From an uncultured Acidobacteriota bacterium (lineage in GTDB: Bacteria > Acidobacteriota > Thermoanaerobaculia > Multivoradales > UBA5704), in contig CAWBWZ010000010.1 in NCBI GenBank assembly GCA_963792575.1, forward strand, positions 136,359 through 200,358: DNA of 64,000 nucleotides, read 5' to 3'. Positions 40,115 to 49,260 of this stretch are shown here, in pieces. A program made the position numbers and the translations under genes. The number at the start of each line of letters is the position of its first letter. Position 1 is the first letter of the stretch. The notes beneath the pieces are model-generated. The model did not search any database. It was not told the DNA's origin and was given only the letters and a program-made list of their open reading frames with translations.

Positions 40115-40776
40115 GGTTCGGTTTGGCCCAGGGGCTCGGGAGAGGCGCGGCGCAGCGCCAGGATGCGCCGTTTCTCGCTCCCCGCGAGCGGCAGGCTGCC
40201 GCAGGAGACGAGCTCCGCCGGCAGCTCGGGATCGTGCTCACCCGCCCAGAGGAGGACGCGCCCGTCCGCGTCCAAGCGGTTCGCGAGGGCTCTCCAGGTC
40301 TCGGGATCGAGGCGCAGGGCCCGCGAGGTGATCACATCGATGCTCTCCGGCAGGCCGGAGGGCAACGGAACCTGGACTCTAGCATCGAGGCACCGGCAGG
40401 GCAAAGCGGCCTTGCGGGCGGCGGCGGAGAGGAAGGCCCACTTGCGCTCCCGCGCCTCGACCAGCGTCATTTCCAGCCCGGGACGGGCGGCGGCGAGGAC
40501 CAGACCGGGAAAGCCGGCGCCCGAACCGAGGTCGAGCCCGCGCCGGGCGCCCGCCGGCATCAGAGGGAGCGCTGCGAGCGACTCGCCATAGTGGCGGGCC
40601 AGGATCTCATCCCGGGTGCCCGGCCCGATCAGGTTCGTCCGCCGGTTCCAGAGCGCGAGCTCGCGGTAATGGGCAAGAAGAGCGTCGATCGCCCGCTCGT
40701 CGAGCGGCTCCGGAGAGAGCTGGCGGATCGCCTTGGCGAAATTGGCGCGCGAGATGTCGGGGAGGACGAAGGCCAT
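40111..40776 (-). CDS. rsmG: 16S rRNA (guanine527-N7)-methyltransferase RsmG (GidB)
   Basis: DLGSGAGFPGLVLA SAM motif and RsmG family pattern. Its stop overlaps the parA start. Confidence 0.8.
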   Translation of the reverse strand: MAFVLPDISRANFAKAIRQLSPEPLDERAIDALLAHYRELALWNRRTNLIGPGTRDEILARHYGESLAALPLMPAGARRGLDLGSGAGFPGLVLAAARPGLEMTLVEARERKWAFLSAAARKAALPCRCLDARVQVPLPSGLPESIDVITSRALRLDPETWRALANRLDADGRVLLWAGEHDPELPAELVSCGSLPLAGSEKRRILALRRASPEPLGQTEP

Positions 40777-40802
40777 GGGAGTGGGATCTTAGAACGGGTG
40801 AA

Positions 40803-40818
40803 TGTTTCACGTGAAACA
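40803..40818. other. parS: parS centromere site (perfect palindrome TGTTTCACGTGAAACA)
   Basis: Exact match to the canonical parS consensus TGTTNCACGTGAAACA, 27 bp upstream of rsmG. Confidence 0.8.
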
Positions 40819-40841
40819 AGGGGCAGAGAGCTGAAGCGGCA

Positions 40842-40857
40842 TGTTTCACGTGAAACG
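40842..40857. other. parS: second parS site (TGTTTCACGTGAAACG, 15/16)
   Basis: Located 39 bp from the first site, in the same intergenic region. Confidence 0.75.
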
Positions 40858-40862
40858 TCGCC

Positions 40863-40893
40863 AAAAAGAAAAGCCGGCTAAAAAGCCGGCTCT
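40863..40893 (-). terminator. Rho-independent terminator downstream of jag (minus strand)
   Basis: Minus strand reads GAGAGCCGGC-TTTTTA-GCCGGCTTTTCTTTTT. Confidence 0.6.
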
Positions 40894-40917
40894 CTCACGA
40901 TCGCTACCGTGAGGCTG

Positions 40918-41971
40918 CTACGCCGGCCGGACCATGATCCGCTTGAAGTAGCCGTCCCCTTCGCTCTCGGTGACCACGTTGGGGTCATCCGCCAGGGTGG
41001 TGTGGATGATGCGGCGGTCGCCCGGGTTCATGGGCTCCAGGACCCGCGGCTTGCCACGCTTGCGGACCTCCTCGGCCACCCGCTGGGCCAGGCTGCGCAG
41101 ACGCTCCTCCCGGATCTCGTGGAAGTTGTCGCAATCCACCCGCACGGCAGTGGTCTCGCCGCCACTCAGGGAGCGGATCATCCGCGGCAGCAGGTGCTCG
41201 ATCGCCATCAGGATCTCGCCGTCGTCGGCGAAGCACCAGTCCACATCCTCTCCCACGAGGTCCACCTCCAGCCGCTCCTCCCCCTGGAAGACCCGCGGCT
41301 TGAGATCCAGACCCCGCGACGCGGACTAGCAGGTTCGCCGCCTTCGCCGCGGCTTCACCCATCGGTCCAGTCGCCTCCGGATAGCGCTCGGAGATTCCCC
41401 GCGGCCGCTCCGGCAGGGTCACCAGATCACCCTCCGGATTTACCTGCGGGCCCGCCTCGCGCCTGGCGGAACGGCTCCGCCTCCGGCAGGCGCGGCGACC
41501 GCGGCGCGAAATCCCGCTCGCGGCGGCGAGGCCGCTCGCCGCCACGGTCCCCGCCACGCCGCCTCCGCGGCCTCCGCGATCCCCGCGCAGCCGGTCTCCA
41601 CGGGGCTCGCGCGGCGGACGGGCTTCCCGCGCCTCCGGCGCTCGCGGCGGCGGCGCGGCCGCGGGTGCAGGCGCTTCCCCTTCCACATCGGCCTGGGGAA
41701 GGGGGCTCGCCTCCGGTCGCGTCCGGTACTCGGATGGCACCGGCGGTGGGAGGGTGCGGGTTGCCGCGGGGACCGACACCGGCGTCTCGCGGCGCGGGTT
41801 CTCGGGGTCAACCTCGATGACCACCTTGCGGCGGGTCTTCAGGAAGCCGTGCTTCTTCTCGAGGCTGCGGTAGGCGACATAGCTGGGGTCGAGATTGAAA
41901 TAGTTGGCGGCCTGAACCAGAGCCTGTTGCAGGGTGTCGCCGGAAAAATAGCGTCGCTTGGCGTCGTTCAT
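40918..41971 (-). CDS. jag: RNA-binding protein Jag/KhpB (Jag_N, low-complexity linker, KH and R3H domains); frameshifted
   Basis: N-terminal MNDAKRRYFSGDTLQQALVQAANYF is the Jag_N domain. The C-terminus in ORF 40918..41265 (...GETTAVRVDCDNFHEIREERLRSLAQRVAEEVRKRGKPRVLEPMNPGDRRIIHTTLADDPNVVTESEGDGYFKRIMV) carries the KH/R3H domains. Confidence 0.7.
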
Positions 41972-42000
41972 AGGGATAGGTCTCTCAGGGGAAGGCGTGC

Positions 42001-43707
42001 TCACGCCTCACGCTTCCGCAAACTGTTGTAAACCTGAAGTTGGATGATGGTCAAGATGTTGTTGGTGAGCCAGTAGAGCACCAGCCCGCTGGGAACGCCG
42101 AGGAAGAAGAAGGTCATCGCCACCGGCATGATCTGGAACATCCGCCGCTGCATCGGATCGCCCGCCTGCGGGCCCATGCGGACCTGGATGAGCTGCGAGA
42201 CGCCCATGATGATCGGCAGCGCGAGGTAGGGGTCCGCCGCCGAGAGGTCGTGAATCCACAGCATCCAGGGCGCGTGGCGCAGGTCGACCGCCGTCGACAG
42301 CAGGCGGTAGAAGGCGAACAGGATCGGCATCTGGATGAGCAGCGGCAGGCATCCGCCCGCCGGATTCACCCCCGCCTCCTTGTAGATCCCCATCACCTCC
42401 TCGTTCATCTTGCGCTGCGCCTCAAGGTTCGGCTTGCCCGCCTTGTCGCGCAGCTTCTGCCGGTAGCGGTCGCGGACCGCCTGCACCTTAGGGTTGAGGT
42501 CCTGCATCTTCCGCATCGACACCGTGCTGCGATGGGTCAGCGGCAGGAGCACCAGCTTGATCAGGATCGTCAGCAGCACGATCGCCCATCCATAGTTGGC
42601 GACGATGTTGTTGTGGATCCAATGCAGGGCGATGAGCAGCGGCACCACCAGCGGCTTGAGGGTGCCGAGCTCGATCGTCTCGTCGAGGCCGTAGGGGAGG
42701 GCCTTCAGCCGGTTGTAATCCTTCGCTCCCCAGTAGGAGGCGAGCGCCATGTGGTCCCCGGCCGGCCGCAGCATGGCGACGAACTCGCGGGGGAGCTTCT
42801 TCTCATCACTGGAGATCTGGTCCTTGCCCGGCACCGGCAGGAACTTTGGCGCGCCCCCCTTTTCGCCAGCCTGCACCATCACCGGCACGAGGATCGCGCG
42901 GTCGATCGCCCCCTGCGGAACCGCGGCAGAAAGGTAATAAGTGTCCCCGATACCTATCCAGGCGAGCGAGCGACCGGGGATCTCGACGGGGTCGAACGCG
43001 CTGCCCGGATCGACGGTCTCGTAGTCGCCGCCGGCCTTGTAGACGGCCCGCCGGTGCTCATAGCGGCTCTTCATCTCCTCGGCCGAGGGGTTGCGCACGC
43101 CGGGACCGAGCAGCAGCCCCCAGTCGGCGCGGCCAGGCACCCGGACGTCGGCCGCCAGGAGCCCCCGGTCGTCGAACCGGAAGGTCTTCTCGGCCACCCC
43201 TAGCGGACCGCTGTAACGAAAAGTAACCGAACGGCCGTCCGCCCCCTGCTCGGCCTTGAACAGCGCCTGGTTCAGCGGGCTCGGCTGGAGGCCGTCGGCG
43301 GTGGTGAGGGAGTAGGGGTAGTCGAGGCCCGCCCGCTGGCGTACCAGCTCCAGAACGCCGCCCTTCGGGTCCGACTTCTCCGGCGCCATCATCGAGAGGA
43401 GCTGCGCGCCGCGGTTGGTGAATACCGCCTGGGTCCGGCCGGACTGGAGGGTGACCTTCTCCTCGGCCGCCGCCGCGACCGGGGCGACGGGAGCGGGCGC
43501 AGCCACCGTCGCCGCGGGCTGGCCCGGAACGGTGGCGGGAGCCGACAGCACCGAAGGAGCGCCCGGCGCGGGGGCGACGGGGGCCGCCTGCCGGCTCTGG
43601 GCCGCCGGCTCCGGCGGCTTCGGCTTCGCCGGCGGAAAGAGGGTGTACCAGATGGCGATGACCGCCAGCGAGAGCACGAAGGCAAGAAGCAACCGGCGAG
43701 TTTCCAC
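42001..43707 (-). CDS. yidC: membrane protein insertase YidC
   Basis: N-terminal TM, a large periplasmic domain, then the conserved C-terminal five-TM core (...LLIQMPILFAFYRLL...WLTNNILTIIQ). Confidence 0.85.
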   Translation of the reverse strand: METRRLLLAFVLSLAVIAIWYTLFPPAKPKPPEPAAQSRQAAPVAPAPGAPSVLSAPATVPGQPAATVAAPAPVAPVAAAAEEKVTLQSGRTQAVFTNRGAQLLSMMAPEKSDPKGGVLELVRQRAGLDYPYSLTTADGLQPSPLNQALFKAEQGADGRSVTFRYSGPLGVAEKTFRFDDRGLLAADVRVPGRADWGLLLGPGVRNPSAEEMKSRYEHRRAVYKAGGDYETVDPGSAFDPVEIPGRSLAWIGIGDTYYLSAAVPQGAIDRAILVPVMVQAGEKGGAPKFLPVPGKDQISSDEKKLPREFVAMLRPAGDHMALASYWGAKDYNRLKALPYGLDETIELGTLKPLVVPLLIALHWIHNNIVANYGWAIVLLTILIKLVLLPLTHRSTVSMRKMQDLNPKVQAVRDRYRQKLRDKAGKPNLEAQRKMNEEVMGIYKEAGVNPAGGCLPLLIQMPILFAFYRLLSTAVDLRHAPWMLWIHDLSAADPYLALPIIMGVSQLIQVRMGPQAGDPMQRRMFQIMPVAMTFFFLGVPSGLVLYWLTNNILTIIQLQVYNSLRKREA

Positions 43708-43757
43708 GGGGATCAGGGTCCTTTTCGTTCGTATGTTCTACAGGGGGCTCGGGGCCG

Positions 43758-43964
43758 CTACGGCAGGTCGAGGCCGCCCGGATGAAAGGGCTGGCAGCGC
43801 ATCAGCCGGCCCGCGGTGAGAAACCCGCCGCGCCAGGGGCCGTGCTTGAGAATGGCGAGGCGGGCATATTCGGAGCAGGTCGGAGTAAACCGGCAGGAGC
43901 GGGGCAGCAGCGGCGAGAGGCGCCGTTTGTAGACCCCGAGCAGATAGACGAGCAGGCGCGTCAT
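43758..43964 (-). CDS. yidD: membrane protein insertion efficiency factor YidD
   Basis: [64 protein letters not shown]. Confidence 0.75.
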   Translation of the reverse strand: MTRLLVYLLGVYKRRLSPLLPRSCRFTPTCSEYARLAILKHGPWRGGFLTAGRLMRCQPFHPGGLDLP

Positions 43965-44365
43965 CTGGCCGGCTCCCGCCGCTCGCGCAGGCCTCCGAAC
44001 AGCCGCAGCAGCTCCGCCCGCAGCGCCGGAAAGTCGCTCTTGCCGGCTTCCGGCTTCAGATGGACCACCAGGTCGAGCGCGGGGAGGCTGCCGCGGTCCT
44101 GCCATCGCCGGTAGACCTCTTTGATCCTGCGCTTGAGCCGGTGGCGCACCACCGCCTTGCCGACCTTCCGGCTGGCGGTGATTCCGATCCGGGGGTGCCC
44201 GAGCTGATTGGGAACGAAGTAGAGGATGGCGAACGATCCGTGCCGCCGGCGACCTGTCCGGTAGCAGCCGAGGTAGTCCTTCCGTCGCCGCAGTCTCTCT
44301 TCAGAGGTCAGGCGTTCGCCCGCCGCGCCCGCGATAGGCCCCGGCGGGAGACGATCGCCCGCCAT
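43961..44365 (-). CDS. rnpA: ribonuclease P protein component
   Basis: [28 protein letters not shown]...[28 protein letters not shown]. Its ATG overlaps the rpmH stop as ATGA. Confidence 0.75.
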   Translation of the reverse strand: MAGDRLPPGPIAGAAGERLTSEERLRRRKDYLGCYRTGRRRHGSFAILYFVPNQLGHPRIGITASRKVGKAVVRHRLKRRIKEVYRRWQDRGSLPALDLVVHLKPEAGKSDFPALRAELLRLFGGLRERREPAR

Positions 44366-44499
44366 CAGACGCTCAGGCGCTTGCGTCCCTTCTGGCGCCG
44401 CCGCGCGATCACCGCGCGACCGTTGCGGGTGCGCATGCGCACCAGGAAGCCGTGGGTCCGCTTGCGCCGACGGTTGTTGGGCTGAAAAGTCCGTTTCAC
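44365..44499 (-). CDS. rpmH: 50S ribosomal protein L34
   Basis: GTG-initiated [44 protein letters not shown]. The ORF track missed it because it is nested in a longer shadow ORF. Confidence 0.8.
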   Translation of the reverse strand: MKRTFQPNNRRRKRTHGFLVRMRTRNGRAVIARRRQKGRKRLSV

Positions 44500-44653
44500 G
44501 TGTGGCCGCCTTCTTCGAAGTCGAGGTCATGGATCGCGGGACCGCCGGCTGGTCCGGAACCGCCCGCTCGGTTGGAACGAAACCCGTAAAGTATTGCACC
44601 GCAGGGGAGTACGTCAAGGACGCCCGTCCTCCAGCGGCAGATGGTACAGCGAA

Positions 44654-44743
44654 TGGCGGAGAGGGTGGGATTCGAACCCACGGACCGGTTGCCCGGTCAA
44701 CGGTTTTCGAGACCGCCCCATTCGACCGCTCTGGCACCTCTCC
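44654..44743 (-). tRNA. tRNA-Ser (anticodon CGA)
   Basis: The reverse complement is GGAGAGGTGCCAGAGCGG...GGCGGT-CTCGAAA-ACCGT...GGTTCGAATCCCACCCTCTCCGCCA, with a long variable arm. Confidence 0.85.
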
Positions 44744-44767
44744 GGTTGTCTTATTCGTTTGAATCGA

Positions 44768-44857
44768 TGGCGGAGAGAGTGGGATTCGAACCCACGGTAG
44801 AGTTTCCCCTACACACGCTTTCCAAGCGTGCTCCTTAAGCCACTCGGACATCTCTCC
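44768..44857 (-). tRNA. tRNA-Ser (anticodon GGA)
   Basis: The reverse complement is GGAGAGATGTCCGAGTGG...CACGC-TTGGAAA-GCGTG...GGTTCGAATCCCACTCTCTCCGCCA. Confidence 0.85.
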
Positions 44858-44883
44858 CGATCCTTCCAAAGAACCCTGCCGCC

Positions 44884-45321
44884 TCACGGCCTGCGCCGCA
44901 GCGACGCGAAGAAGCCGCGCAACAGCGCGGCGCTCTCACTCTCCATCACGCCGGCCGTCACTTCCAGCCGGTGGTTCAACCGCGGATCCTGGACCACGTT
45001 GCCCAGGGTGCCGCAGTAGCCGGCCTTCGGATCGGGCGCCCCGTAGACCAGCCGCTCGACGCGGCCGTTCACCAGGGCTCCGGCGCACATGGCGCACGGC
45101 TCGAGGGTCACGTACATCGTGCACCCGGCGAGCCGCCATCCGCCGACGACCGATGCCGCCTGCCGGATCGCCAGGATCTCGGCGTGCGCCAGCGGATCGC
45201 CGTCGATCTCGCGGCGATTGTGGCCTCTCCCCACCACCACCCCATCCCGGACCACCACCGCCCCGATCGGCACTTCGCCGATCCCGGCGGCTCGCCTCGC
45301 CTCGGCGAGGGCCTCCGTCAT
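44884..45321 (-). CDS. tadA: tRNA-specific adenosine(34) deaminase TadA
   Basis: HAEILAI and the TLEPCAMCAGAL zinc-binding CDA motifs. The start is at MTEALAEARRAAGIGEVPIG. Confidence 0.8.
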   Translation of the reverse strand: MTEALAEARRAAGIGEVPIGAVVVRDGVVVGRGHNRREIDGDPLAHAEILAIRQAASVVGGWRLAGCTMYVTLEPCAMCAGALVNGRVERLVYGAPDPKAGYCGTLGNVVQDPRLNHRLEVTAGVMESESAALLRGFFASLRRRP

Positions 45322-45496
45322 CCAGACCTGATCTTCGGGTCTTTCCAAGTAGATGCCGCCGCCCCGCCCAGACGGGAACGCGTATGTTACCCGAGAAGAA
45401 GCTTCTCGCAAAGCGTCCGGCGTTCGACCCACAGTCGAAAAGCCTTGTGCATGGACAGAAATGCTTAGGTTCAAAGGCTGAAAAGTTCCCTACGCT

Positions 45497-45525
45497 TGAC
45501 TTACGCTATGGTGTGGCGAATAATT
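45497..45525 (+). promoter_or_regulatory. candidate promoter TTGACT-N17-AATAAT for the PanA/RelE-like module
   Basis: An AT-rich segment sits 35 bp upstream of ATG 45560. Confidence 0.4.
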
Positions 45526-45559
45526 CCAAAACCGTCCTTGCTAAGCATGGAGGCCCACC

Positions 45560-46102
45560 ATGGCGAATATTCGGCCCAACGACCAGAAACTCCGGGAGCT
45601 GATCCTTTACGTCTCGCGACGGTGTGAGCAGGATCCCAACTTCGGCAAGACCAAGCTGAACAAGATCCTCTTCTACTCCGACTTTATCGCCTATGCCCGG
45701 ACGGGCGAGCCGATCACGGGGCAGGAGTACATGCGGATCGAGCACGGGCCGGGAGCGCGCAGGCTCAAACCAGTCCTGGAAGGCATGCAGGGGCGAGGCG
45801 AAGTGCGGATCAAGAGGGAGAGAAAGATCGACCATGACCAGCAGCGGGTACTGGCCCTTCGCGATCCCCAGCTGGAAGGATTGTTTTCCGATCACCATCT
45901 CGGCATCGTGAACCAGGTCATTCAATACCTGTGGGGGCGGACCAACCGCCAAGTCAGCGCCCTGTCCCATGCCGACATTGGCTGGCAGACGGCTCGCCAC
46001 AAGGAAACGATCCCCTACGAGACAGTGTTCCTCTCCGACCGTCCCCTCACCGAGGCGGAGCTCGAGTACGGTCGGCAACTGGCAGCCGAGCTTGGACGAT
46101 AG
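45560..46102 (+). CDS. Panacea-domain (DUF4065) protein, PanA/SocA-like antitoxin
   Basis: KTKLNKILFYSDFIAYARTGEPITGQEYMRIEHGP matches the Panacea domain core (KLNKLLYF(A)D...G.P). The region is lower in GC and carries its own promoter. Confidence 0.6.
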   Translation: MANIRPNDQKLRELILYVSRRCEQDPNFGKTKLNKILFYSDFIAYARTGEPITGQEYMRIEHGPGARRLKPVLEGMQGRGEVRIKRERKIDHDQQRVLALRDPQLEGLFSDHHLGIVNQVIQYLWGRTNRQVSALSHADIGWQTARHKETIPYETVFLSDRPLTEAELEYGRQLAAELGR

Positions 46103-46118
46103 CCCCCTCCGCGTCCTC

Positions 46119-46373
46119 GTGGAGTCCCTCCGCTTTACGCGAGAGCGGGGGAAGATCGTCTCGGATGTCCGGCGCTTCGACAATGCCATGCGGGCCATCG
46201 ACTTCAGGCTGTGCAGGGATCCCGAGAGCGGCATTCAGATTTCCAAGGGTGGACTGTACGCGACCTGCGTCAGCTTTCCCGACGGAACCACCTTCGCCAT
46301 CTACTATACGTTCGACGACCACGAGGTCGTGCTTGAGTCCGTCCGTCGCGACAGCTCGGTCTCCGATTGGTAG
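46119..46373 (+). CDS. RelE/ParE-superfamily toxin-like protein, partner of the Panacea protein (start uncertain: TTG 46092 or GTG 46119)
   Basis: ...RDPESGIQISKGGLYATCVSFPDGTTFAIYYTFDDHEVVLESVRR follows the RelE/ParE pattern (p.sG.....g.ly..r...g.yRiiY..dd..v.il.v.hR). It overlaps the PanA stop. Confidence 0.5.
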   Translation: MESLRFTRERGKIVSDVRRFDNAMRAIDFRLCRDPESGIQISKGGLYATCVSFPDGTTFAIYYTFDDHEVVLESVRRDSSVSDW

Positions 46374-46497
46374 ACCACTCTTAATGGTCAGGGAATGGGG
46401 ACAACCCCAATCCGGTTGTCGACATAACGGACGGCGGCTGGTCTTCCCAAGTGGTGTTCTTTACTTCCGCGATCCCACGACATAGCATGAGGGCCTT

Positions 46498-46626
46498 GCA
46501 GTGGCCCACGAAGGGTTCGGGTCCTGTGCATCGGCCACTACCGAACCTCGTCAGGCCCGGAAGGGAGCAGCGATAAGGTATGCGGTCGAGTGCCGCAGCT
46601 TCACCGGAACCCTTCGTAGACCACTC
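46498..46626 (+). ncRNA. ffs: SRP RNA (4.5S RNA, ffs), immediately upstream of dnaX as in B. subtilis scr
   Basis: Conserved domain-IV motif GTCAGGCCCGGAAGGGAGCAGC (consensus GUCAGGUCCGGAAGGAAGCAGC). 5' CGAAGGGTTC pairs with 3' GAACCCTTCG to close the long hairpin, and an outer AGTGG/CCACT pairing extends it. Confidence 0.65.
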
Positions 46627-46642
46627 GTCATCTCCCCAGAAT

Positions 46643-48358
46643 CCCATGACGTACCAGGTCCTCGCGCGCAAGTGGCGCCCGCAGAATTTCTCCAGCCTCG
46701 TCGGCCAGGAGCCGATCGTCACGGCTTTGCGCAACGCCCTGCAGGAGGGGCGCATCGCGCAGGCCTATCTCTTCTCCGGCATCCGCGGCGTCGGCAAGAC
46801 GACGGCGGCCCGCGTGCTCGCCAAGGCGCTCAACTGCGAGCGCGGCCCGGCCGCCGACCCCTGCAACGAGTGCATGCCCTGCATCGAGATCACCCGCGGC
46901 TCGGACCTCGACGTCATCGAGGTCGACGCCGCCACCTACTCGAAGGTCGAGCAGGTGCGCGATCTCACCGAGAGCCTGAAGTACGGCCCGGCGCGCAATC
47001 GCTACAAGGTGGTGGTGCTCGACGAGATCCACCGCCTGTCGCGGCAGGCGTTCGACGCCCTGCTCAAGATCGTCGAGGAGCCGCCGCCGCACCTGGTCTT
47101 CATCTTCGCCACCACCGAGATCGACGCCGTGCCGGCGACGATCCTGTCGCGCTGCCAGGAGTTCCACTTCCGGCGCGTGCCGTCGCCGGCCCTCGCGGCG
47201 CACCTGCGGACGATCTGCGAGGCGGAGGCGATCCAGGCGAGCGACACGGCGTTGCGGCTGATCGCCCGCGCCGGCGAGGGGAGCGTGCGCGACTCGGTCG
47301 CCCTGCTCGACCAGCTCGCCACCTTCGGCTCTGGCGCGATCGCCGACGAAGATGCCGTGCGGCTGCTGGGCGGCCTCGACACCGCCCTCTTCCAGACCCT
47401 GATCGCCGGGATCCTCACCGGGGATTCCGCGGCGGTGAGCACCGCCGTCCGCCGGGTTGAGGATGAAGGCTGGGATCCGCGCCACGTCTACGGCCAGTTT
47501 CTCGCCTTCTGCCGCGACGCGCTCCATCTCGCCATGGGCGGCTCGCCCGGGCAGGTGGACCTCCCCGGCGAGGAGGCCCAGGCGCTCGCCACGACCGCCC
47601 GCGCCAGCGGCTACGAGAACCTGCTCCGGCTGATGAACCTGCTGCTGACCAGCGAGCCGATCGTGCGCCGCAGCGACACCGGCGCGCTGGCGGTCGAGAT
47701 CGCCTGGCTGCGCGCCGCCGAGCTGCCGAAGCTCACCCGGGTGGAGGAGATCCTCGCCGGCTCGCTGGCCACCGGGGGCGCCGAGAGTGGGCGGTCCGCG
47801 GCGGCGCCGAGATCCGCTCCGGCGCCCGCGCCCGCTCCTCCACGGAGCCGCCCCCCCGAGCCGCCTCCCCGGGCCGCCGCGCCGCCGCCGCAACAGCAGC
47901 CGGCGCCGAAGCCCGCGGAGACGCCGGTCTGGGTTGAGGCGCAGCCGCCGCGGCCCGCCGCCGCGCCGCCGACGCCAAGCCGGCCGGGCGATCCGATCAC
48001 CGCCTTCAAGGAAGAGGCCGGCAAGCGCAAGCAGAACATCGGCGGCTTCCTCGACGCCGCCGAGGACATCCGCTTCGAGGACGGCCGGGTCACGGTCCTC
48101 TGCCCGAGCGGAGACACCTATCTGCGGACGCGGCTGGACGCCAATCGCGCGATCCTGGCGGAAGCCGCGGCCACGGTCTGGGGTCCGGGGACCCGGCTTG
48201 ATATCCTGGAGAGCCGCAACGCGCCCAAGGCCGCCGCGGAGGCGAAGACCGGGCCGGTCCAGCAGGTGGAGCAGAGCCCGACAGTGCAGGCCGTCCTCGA
48301 TATCTTCAAGGGGCGGATCGAAACGGTGGAAGAGCACGGCAGCTATACGGAGGATTGA
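46643..48358 (+). CDS. dnaX: DNA polymerase III subunits gamma/tau
   Basis: MTYQVLARKWRPQNFSSLVGQEPIV...YLFSGIRGVGKTTAARVLAKALNCE...VVLDEIHRLS. A Pro-rich tau linker is present. Confidence 0.85.
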   Translation, partial: PMTYQVLARKWRPQNFSSLVGQEPIVTALRNALQEGRIAQAYLFSGIRGVGKTTAARVLAKALNCERGPAADPCNECMPCIEITRGSDLDVIEVDAATYSKVEQVRDLTESLKYGPARNRYKVVVLDEIHRLSRQAFDALLKIVEEPPPHLVFIFATTEIDAVPATILSRCQEFHFRRVPSPALAAHLRTICEAEAIQASDTALRLIARAGEGSVRDSVALLDQLATFGSGAIADEDAVRLLGGLDTALFQTLIAGILTGDSAAVSTAVRRVEDEGWDPRHVYGQFLAFCRDALHLAMGGSPGQVDLPGEEAQALATTARASGYENLLRLMNLLLTSEPIVRRSDTGALAVEIAWLRAAELPKLTRVEEILAGSLATGGAESGRSAAAPRSAPAPAPAPPRSRPPEPPPRAAAPPPQQQPAPKPAETPVWVEAQPPRPAAAPPTPSRPGDPITAFKEEAGKRKQNIGGFLDAAEDIRFEDGRVTVLCPSGDTYLRTRLDANRAILAEAAATVWGPGTRLDILESRNAPKAAAEAKTGPVQQVEQSPTVQAVLDIFKGRIETVEEHGSYTED

Positions 48359-48364
48359 AACGAT

Positions 48365-48661
48365 ATGAGCAGCATGCAGAAACTGATGAAGCAGGCCCAG
48401 GAGATGCAGGAGCGCCTGCAGCGCGAGCTGAACGAGCTGGTCGTCGAGTCCAGCGTCGGCGGCGGCATGGTGACCGTCAAGATGAGCGGCCACAAGCAGC
48501 TCGTCGGCTGCAAGATCGACCCTGAGGCGATGGACAAGGATGATCCGTCGATGCTCGAGGACCTGATCGTCGCGGCCGTCAACGAGGCCGGCCGCAAGAT
48601 CGAGGAGACGATGCAAGGCAAGATGGGGTCGATGGCGTCGAGCATGCCGGGCCTCTTCTAG
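48365..48661 (+). CDS. ybaB: nucleoid-associated protein YbaB/EbfC
   Basis: MQKLMKQAQEMQERLQRELNELVVESSVGGGMVTVKMSGHKQLVGCKIDPEAM. Confidence 0.85.
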   Translation: MSSMQKLMKQAQEMQERLQRELNELVVESSVGGGMVTVKMSGHKQLVGCKIDPEAMDKDDPSMLEDLIVAAVNEAGRKIEETMQGKMGSMASSMPGLF

Positions 48662-48675
48662 CCCGCATCGAGACG

Positions 48676-49260
48676 ATGTCCGACCCCCTGGCCCGGCTTA
48701 TCGGGGAGCTGTCCCGGCTTCCGGGGATCGGTCCCAAGACCGCGACCCGCCTCGCTCACTATCTCCTCAAGGTGCCGGCCTCGGAAGCCGAGGCCCTGGC
48801 GCAGGCCATCGTGGAGGTCAAGGAGAAGCTCTTCCACTGCTCGGTCTGCAACAGCATCACGGCCGTGGACCCCTGCCGCTACTGTGCCGACGAGCGGCGG
48901 GACCGGAGCCGGATCTGCGTCGTCGAGGAGGCGTTCAACCTCGAGCCGGTCGAGCGCACGGGCGAGTATCACGGCCTCTACCACGTCCTGCTCGGGGCCC
49001 TCTCCCCGCACCGGGGGATCGGCCCCGACCGCCTCGCCATCCCCGGCCTGCTCGCGCGGCTGGAGGGGATCGAGGAGGTGATCCTGGCCACCAATCCCAA
49101 CGTCGAGGGGGAGGCGACCGCCATGTATCTCGCCCGGCTGCTCAAGCCCCGGGGGGTGAAGGTCACCCGCCTGGCCTTCGGCATGCCGGTCGGCGGCGAC
49201 ATCGAGTACACCGACGAGGTGACGCTGGGCCGCTCGCTCGCCGGCCGGCGCGAGATGTGA
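48676..49260 (+). CDS. recR: recombination protein RecR
   Basis: HhH (LPGIGPKTATRLA), the C4 zinc finger CSVCNSITAVDPCRYC and a Toprim domain. Confidence 0.9.
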   Translation: MSDPLARLIGELSRLPGIGPKTATRLAHYLLKVPASEAEALAQAIVEVKEKLFHCSVCNSITAVDPCRYCADERRDRSRICVVEEAFNLEPVERTGEYHGLYHVLLGALSPHRGIGPDRLAIPGLLARLEGIEEVILATNPNVEGEATAMYLARLLKPRGVKVTRLAFGMPVGGDIEYTDEVTLGRSLAGRREM

